A DNA stretch of 40,018 nt from a virus (lineage: Duplodnaviria; Caudoviricetes): the IMG/VR virus record IMGVR_UViG_3300038406_000217, positions 1 to 40,018 of that record; one strand, given 5' to 3'. This document shows, in pieces, positions 35,264 through 40,018 of the stretch. Under the pieces are notes generated by a model, which worked only from the letters and a program-made list of their open reading frames with translations, ran no database searches and was not told the origin of the DNA. Each line of letters opens with the position of its first letter. The stretch's first letter is position 1. The translations under genes were made by a program, and so were the position numbers.

Positions 35264-35385
35264 ACGAAGTGAACGAAGTGAACGAAGTGAACCCCGGCAG
35301 GCCAGCGGACCGGCCACCGCCACGGCCGGTCAGAAACCGCCCGCCGGAGCCTCCCCGGCCCAAGCCACCGGTCAAGCCGCGATGA
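35260..35385 (+). CDS. 41-aa Pro-rich microprotein (not in ORF track)
   Basis: MNEVNEVNEVNPGRPADRPPPRPVRNRPPEPPRPKPPVKPR; GTGA overlap with cro and ATGA overlap with the next gene. Confidence 0.5.
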   Translation: MNEVNEVNEVNPGRPADRPPPRPVRNRPPEPPRPKPPVKPR

Positions 35386-35615
35386 GCGCCAACCCGGGGC
35401 GGCACCGCGCCCCCGAGCAGCCTGACCGGCACGTCGATGACCGGAGCAGGGAACGGATCGGCGCCCACGTCCCGGCCGCCGGCCCGTTCGCCGGCGCCAC
35501 CATTCCCGCCCCCGAGCTGGTCGGCCAGCTCCGGACCGAGCGCAGTGCCCTCGGCCCGGTCCTGGCCGTCGTGGTTCTCTGCCTGCTGCTGCTGTGGCTG
35601 TGCGGGAACTGGTGA
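35382..35615 (+). CDS. Small protein with C-terminal TM helix
   Basis: MSANPGRHR start; hydrophobic C-terminus; coupled on both sides. Confidence 0.55.
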   Translation: MSANPGRHRAPEQPDRHVDDRSRERIGAHVPAAGPFAGATIPAPELVGQLRTERSALGPVLAVVVLCLLLLWLCGNW

Positions 35616-35980
35616 GCCGGATGGCCAACCTGGACTTCCCGGTGATCGTCATCACGATCGCCGGTGGCGTGGTCACCGCCGTAGGTAGCGCGTACGCCAC
35701 CGTGGCGTGGGCCACCATCACCGGCCTGCCGAGCCTCGACGTGGCCCAGCTGACACTGCTGCCGCTGTGGCTGGCCGGCCAGGTCGTCACCACGCTGCTG
35801 CTCAGCCCACGCCCGCCAGCCACACCCCGGCGCCCGGCAGCGGGCGCCCCGAAGCCACCCGCCCGGGCTGTGCCACACACACAACCCACCGCGTCAGCCG
35901 CAGCCAAGCCCCCCCGGCCGCTGCGGACGGGCGCAAACCACACCTGTGGGCACCAAGCCCGGGCGGGTGTTCACAGCTGA
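35612..35980 (+). CDS. Membrane protein (2 TM)
   Basis: GTGA coupling; two hydrophobic segments. Confidence 0.55.
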   Translation: MSRMANLDFPVIVITIAGGVVTAVGSAYATVAWATITGLPSLDVAQLTLLPLWLAGQVVTTLLLSPRPPATPRRPAAGAPKPPARAVPHTQPTASAAAKPPRPLRTGANHTCGHQARAGVHS

Positions 35981-36043
35981 ACGACGTCGGCCCCGCGCCG
36001 GTGCAACGGGCGGGGCCACACCGGAGCGTGAAAGGAGATCCGG

Positions 36044-36730
36044 ATGTCTGAAACCCTACCGCAGGCTGGCGTAGAGGTGCGCTGCGGCTGCGGCATCCTG
36101 CTGCCCGCCCAGGAAGCCCACGCCGGGTTCGTTGACTGCGAATGGTGCGCGACCGGCCGGCCGTCGCCGGGTGGGTGGACCAACCGGCCTGGTCCAGTGA
36201 ACCCGCCGTGGTGCTCACAGCGGCAGGTGGCGGCCGCCGCGCTGCGCTGGGCCCGCACCCACGGCGGCTGGCAGTCCAGCAGCAACTCCTCCTGGCGTCA
36301 GCCGTCCACCGGCGCCACCGTCACCATCCTGCGTGACCTGGTCGATACGGACGGCACCCCGCTGGTTGAGCTGGTGATCCGCCCCGCCGAGGCCGGACTG
36401 CCGGTGTTCCTGCCGGTCTCCTCGGCCCGTCAGGCGGTCGACCTGCTGGTCGTCTACGGGCTGCTGCCCAGCTCGTTGGCCGGCGGCTACGCGGACGGGT
36501 ACGGGGCCGGGTGGCGGGCGCACGCCCCCCGGCCGGCCGCCGCGAGCTCGCGGCGGCGGCGGGCCGAGCTGGCCCGGCTGGTCGGCCACGCCCAGGCGGC
36601 CCTGTGGCTGCCCGGTCAGGAACCGGCGCAACGGCTCGCCGAGCTGCGGCGCCTGTTCGAGACGGCCGGCCACGGCGACCCGCTGCAAGAAGCGCCACGC
36701 AAGCGTCTGGTGCTCGGGGGGCGGCCGTGA
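36044..36730 (+). CDS. Hypothetical protein with N-terminal Cys/His cluster
   Basis: RBS AAAGGAG; CGCG...H...CEWC. Confidence 0.65.
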   Translation: MSETLPQAGVEVRCGCGILLPAQEAHAGFVDCEWCATGRPSPGGWTNRPGPVNPPWCSQRQVAAAALRWARTHGGWQSSSNSSWRQPSTGATVTILRDLVDTDGTPLVELVIRPAEAGLPVFLPVSSARQAVDLLVVYGLLPSSLAGGYADGYGAGWRAHAPRPAAASSRRRRAELARLVGHAQAALWLPGQEPAQRLAELRRLFETAGHGDPLQEAPRKRLVLGGRP

Positions 36731-37032
36731 CCGCCGGGCTGATACTGCTGCGCCTGGCCGGTGTGCTGCTGCTGGTCACCTTCGCGGTCCTGGTGACGTG
36801 GCGGATCACCACCATCCACGCCCGCGGGTGGCGCGCGCGGGCGGAGCGGGCCGAGGAAGCCCTGCAAAGGTTGCGGGCCCAGCAGCGGCAGCGGCGTGAG
36901 CCGCTGATCGTCCCACCCGGCCTGTTCGAGGCCGCCGACCGGGCGTTGGCCGCGGAAGCCTCCACGGTGCTGATGCGGGCGGTCACCCCGGCCGCGACCG
37001 AGCTGCTGCGGCAGGTGGGCAGACCCCGATGA
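36727..37032 (+). CDS. Membrane protein (1 TM + coiled coil)
   Basis: GTGA/ATGA coupling on both sides; hydrophobic N-terminus. Confidence 0.6.
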   Translation: MTAGLILLRLAGVLLLVTFAVLVTWRITTIHARGWRARAERAEEALQRLRAQQRQRREPLIVPPGLFEAADRALAAEASTVLMRAVTPAATELLRQVGRPR

Positions 37033-37367
37033 GCGCCGTACTGGCCTTCGAGGTGGCGGCGTGGATGCTGCGGGCGGCTTGCCGCCCGGCCGACGTCGAC
37101 GCCAAGCTGTTCTTCCCGCAGCGGCGGCACAGCACCGCAGCGGCGCCGGCCAAGGCATTCTGCCGCCGCTGCCCGGTCCGCACCCAGTGCCTGGACTACG
37201 CCCTGAGCCACGAGCGGCAGCTGACCGGGCGTAAGAACGGGCACCGGCACGGCGTGTGGGGCGGCACCAACCCGACCGAGCGGCAGCAGATCTTCCTCTG
37301 CCGGGCCCGGCTCTGCGGGCACACCGACCGGTCACGCTGCCGGCTGGGGTCGCGGAGCACCCGGTGA
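37029..37367 (+). CDS. whiB: WhiB family transcription factor
   Basis: W...AAC, LFFP, AK..C..CPV..QCL.YAL, GVWGG....ER. Confidence 0.92.
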   Translation: MSAVLAFEVAAWMLRAACRPADVDAKLFFPQRRHSTAAAPAKAFCRRCPVRTQCLDYALSHERQLTGRKNGHRHGVWGGTNPTERQQIFLCRARLCGHTDRSRCRLGSRSTR

Positions 37368-37834
37368 GCCCCGACCTGCTGCTGCTGGTCACCTTCGGCC
37401 CGGCTGTGATCGCCGGCGCGGTCGCCACGCTGCTGCTGCTGTCCTCGATCTGGCGGGACCCGGGCCGCCCGACCACAGCCGGGTGGACCCGCGAGCAGCT
37501 GACCACGCTGCTGCTGGCGTGCGCGCCCGGCGGGGCGCACCGGGCGGCCGGCCCACGCGCCTGCGACCTGATCGCCGCCACCCCGGCCGGCTACCAGCCG
37601 CGGCACGGGTTCGACGAGATCCCACCGTCGCTGGTGTGCCCGCTTGCCCTGATGACCCCGGTCGAGCGGGCACGGGAGCTGGTGCGGCAGCTCCCCGGGG
37701 CGGAGCTGTGGTGGCCGTGGGCCGGCCAGGCCGATCGGCCCACCCGGGTGCGGCTACGCGCGTGGGCGATCGCCCACCGCCACGGCATCCGCCCACTGCT
37801 GGGGACCTTCCAGCTCCAGGGTGTGCTGCCGTGA
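37364..37834 (+). CDS. Hypothetical membrane protein
   Basis: GTGA coupling on both sides; N-terminal TM. Confidence 0.55.
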   Translation: MSPDLLLLVTFGPAVIAGAVATLLLLSSIWRDPGRPTTAGWTREQLTTLLLACAPGGAHRAAGPRACDLIAATPAGYQPRHGFDEIPPSLVCPLALMTPVERARELVRQLPGAELWWPWAGQADRPTRVRLRAWAIAHRHGIRPLLGTFQLQGVLP

Positions 37835-38181
37835 CCGCCGCGGTCGGCACCATCTACCTGCTTCACTTCGAAGCGCCCTACCAGCACGCCCGGCACTACC
37901 TCGGCTGGACCGGTGGTGAGCTGACCACCCGGCTGGCCGACCACGCGGCGGGTAACGGCGCCCGGCTGCTGGCGGTGGTCGCCTCGGCCGGGATCCAGTG
38001 GCGGCTGGCCCGGATCTGGGACGGCACCCGCGCGCGGGAGCGGCAGATCAAACGCCAGGGTGGCCTTTCCCGATCCTGCCCACTGTGCGGCATCCGACCC
38101 TTACGCACCGCCGACCGGCGGTCCTTGCGCGCTCTGCCGGCCATCTACCCCACCTACACCCGCAACGGAGCCCGCCCATGA
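37831..38181 (+). CDS. GIY-YIG-like endonuclease
   Basis: TIYLLHF...HYLGWT...RL..H..G.GA...ER..K, CP.C. Confidence 0.7.
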   Translation: MTAAVGTIYLLHFEAPYQHARHYLGWTGGELTTRLADHAAGNGARLLAVVASAGIQWRLARIWDGTRARERQIKRQGGLSRSCPLCGIRPLRTADRRSLRALPAIYPTYTRNGARP

Positions 38182-39509
38182 CCGCCACCGCTGTGTTGGA
38201 GCTGGCGCCGCAGCAGGCCGAGGCGATCCGCAAGGCCACCGCCTGGTGGCAGGACCGGAGCCAGCAGGTGTTCCGGCTGTTCGGTTTTGCTGGCACGGGC
38301 AAGACGACCCTGGCGCGGCACCTGGTCGAGCAGCTCGGCTGCACCCGGGTGGTCTACGCCGCGTTCACCGGCAAAGCCGCATATGTGCTACGCACCAAGG
38401 GCTGCCTCGACGCGCGCACCATCCACTCACTCATCTACCTGCCCAGTGAGAAGACCAGGGCGAAGCTGCGGGAGCTGCACGACCAGCTGGCCCAGGAGCT
38501 CGACCCCACCACCCGGGAGATCCTTGGTGCGCAGATCCGGGCCGAGGAACGGAAGCTGGAGACACCGAACTGGATCCTGCGGGACCCGGACGAGTCGGAC
38601 CTGACCGGCTCGCAGCTGCTCGTGGTCGACGAGGTGTCGATGGTCGGCGCCCCGATGGCCGCCGACCTGCTCTCCTTCGACGTGCCTACCCTGGTGCTGG
38701 GGGATCCGGCGCAGCTGCCTCCGGTTGAGGGCGGCGGCTGGTTCATCGACACCGTCCCGGACCATCTGCTGACCGACATCCACCGCTCCGCGTTGGACAG
38801 CCCGGTGACCCGGCTGGCCACCGCGGTACGTGGCGCCCCAGCTGGTGACCGGCTCTACGGCATCCCCGGCGCCGACGGCCACAGCGGCCGGGCCGAGCAG
38901 GTCAGCGTGGCCGACCTGCTCGCCGCCGACCAGGTGCTGGTCGGCACCAACGCCACCCGCTGGCAGGCCATCCACCTCCTCCGCGCGCTGCGTGGCCAGC
39001 TGGGGGACCTGCCCGTGCCCGGCGACCGGATCATCGCCCTGGCCAACAGCTGCGACGCGGAGGTGTTCAACGGGCAGCAGTTCGACGTGATCCAGGCCGA
39101 GGTCGATGACCGGTACGAGGACCGGGTGCGTCTGGTGGTCGACGACGACGAGGCGACCCGGCGGCTGATCACCTGCTGGCGCGCCGGGTTTCAAAGCTTG
39201 GAGGGGGAGAAGCGGGCCAAACGCGACGGCCGCGGCAGTGTGGTGGCCGCCACGTTCGGGCAGGCGATCACCGTCCACAAAGCCCAGGGCAGCCAGTGGG
39301 ACCGGGTGCTGGTGGTGGACGAGGCTGCCGTGTTCGCCGGTATCGAGCAGAAGACGAAGGCCCGGGTTCGGCGGGAGGCCGGGCTGCCCGACCGGGGTGA
39401 GGCGGCCGCCGCCGGGCACCTGGCCGGGCAGCGCTGGCTGTACACCGCGATCACCCGCGCCGCCCAGCAAGTCACGATCATCCCCCGCATCCGCGGGGTC
39501 CTCACATGA
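38178..39509 (+). CDS. Dda/RecD-like SF1B DNA helicase
   Basis: GFAGTGKT, AFTGKAA, TIHS, VDEVSM, GDPAQLPPV, TVHKAQGSQW, LYTAITRA. Confidence 0.9.
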   Translation: MTATAVLELAPQQAEAIRKATAWWQDRSQQVFRLFGFAGTGKTTLARHLVEQLGCTRVVYAAFTGKAAYVLRTKGCLDARTIHSLIYLPSEKTRAKLRELHDQLAQELDPTTREILGAQIRAEERKLETPNWILRDPDESDLTGSQLLVVDEVSMVGAPMAADLLSFDVPTLVLGDPAQLPPVEGGGWFIDTVPDHLLTDIHRSALDSPVTRLATAVRGAPAGDRLYGIPGADGHSGRAEQVSVADLLAADQVLVGTNATRWQAIHLLRALRGQLGDLPVPGDRIIALANSCDAEVFNGQQFDVIQAEVDDRYEDRVRLVVDDDEATRRLITCWRAGFQSLEGEKRAKRDGRGSVVAATFGQAITVHKAQGSQWDRVLVVDEAAVFAGIEQKTKARVRREAGLPDRGEAAAAGHLAGQRWLYTAITRAAQQVTIIPRIRGVLT

Positions 39510-39538
39510 AGCATCCGATAGCGGGAGGAGCAACACCA

Positions 39539-40018
39539 ATGCCAGAGTCCACCATGGTCCGCCCCCTGGACCTCGACCAGATCCGCCTCGGGAAAGGGGC
39601 GCACGCCCCGTGGATCGGAGACCAGCTGCCGCGCAGCGGCCCACCTGCCTGCCTGATGGAGGCCGTGGCCTGGGTCGCCGGCGAAGACTGGACCGACGAA
39701 CCCGCCTGCGCCAGCCCGGTCCTCGGCGTGTACGGCCGCAGCCTCAACGACGTGCTGAGCGATGACCGGCGGCAGCAGCTGCGGCCGCTGATCCCCCGCC
39801 TGATCGGCACCGCCGGAGACGGCCTCGATGAGCAGCGGGGGTACCTGGCGCTCGACTGGCTCATCAGGACCTGGACACCAGCGTGGCTGGACCTCGCCGG
39901 GCTGGCCACAGAAGCGGCGCAGCTGCGGCAGCTGCGCCGCATCGTCGACCTGGTCGCCGCGCAGCAGGCCGCCCCGGTGGTCCGAGCAGCCCGTGAAAGG
40001 GCAGCCGCCGCCGGGGCC
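39539..40018 (+). CDS. 5' part of the Ala-rich repeat protein (continues to 284 across the junction)
   Basis: RBS GGAGGAG; CLMEAVAWVAGE.WTD.PACASPV...LND...R..L..LIP.L.GT; open to the window end. Confidence 0.8.
   Translation, partial: MPESTMVRPLDLDQIRLGKGAHAPWIGDQLPRSGPPACLMEAVAWVAGEDWTDEPACASPVLGVYGRSLNDVLSDDRRQQLRPLIPRLIGTAGDGLDEQRGYLALDWLIRTWTPAWLDLAGLATEAAQLRQLRRIVDLVAAQQAAPVVRAARERAAAAGA
39972..40018. repeat. Terminal overlap, right copy (matches 1-47)
   Basis: 45/47 identity to the window start. Confidence 0.9.

Larger units (their letters stand above)
1..40018. mobile_element. Complete temperate actinobacteriophage (siphovirus-type) genome, circularly permuted
   Basis: Full terminase-portal-capsid-tail-lysis gene set, integrase/repressor/Cro, replication genes, WhiB; the ends overlap by 47 nt and an ORF continues in frame across the junction. 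Confidence 0.93.

Noticed and set aside
1-40018. tRNA or tRNA-derived attP core
   Set aside because: No cloverleaf or T-loop/CCA-type segment recognised by eye; a tRNAscan-SE/ARAGORN run is needed to exclude it fully

Overview
The window is an apparently complete, circularly permuted ~40 kb temperate siphovirus genome from a high-GC Actinomycetota host (it carries a WhiB gene; the genus cannot be determined from sequence alone). The last 47 nt repeat the first 47 nt with 2 synonymous mismatches, and one gene runs across the junction. Gene order: replication and recombination (DUF2303-like, Cas4-like exonuclease, SSB, primase-helicase, MazG-like, ParB-like); packaging and head (TerS, TerL, portal, MuF-like minor capsid with a zincin extension, scaffold, MCP); a head-region fibre module; neck; HNH; tail (with a -1 frameshift chaperone); lysis; an accessory island; the integrase/repressor/Cro switch; early genes (WhiB, GIY-YIG, Dda/RecD-like helicase). 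The top finding is a cas-less CRISPR mini-array (3 repeats of 36-37 nt with type I-G/I-U-like ends, 2 spacers). It has its own promoter and terminator and sits next to a separately transcribed small gene. Other notable items are a 165-bp nested inverted-repeat element (origin candidate) inside the primase-helicase gene, a ~215-nt structured RNA candidate upstream of the portal gene, a MuF-toxin/partner pair, and a candidate integration-dependent immunity switch whose repressor and Cro share an identical recognition helix. Product calls come from motif recognition and synteny only; no database searches were run.
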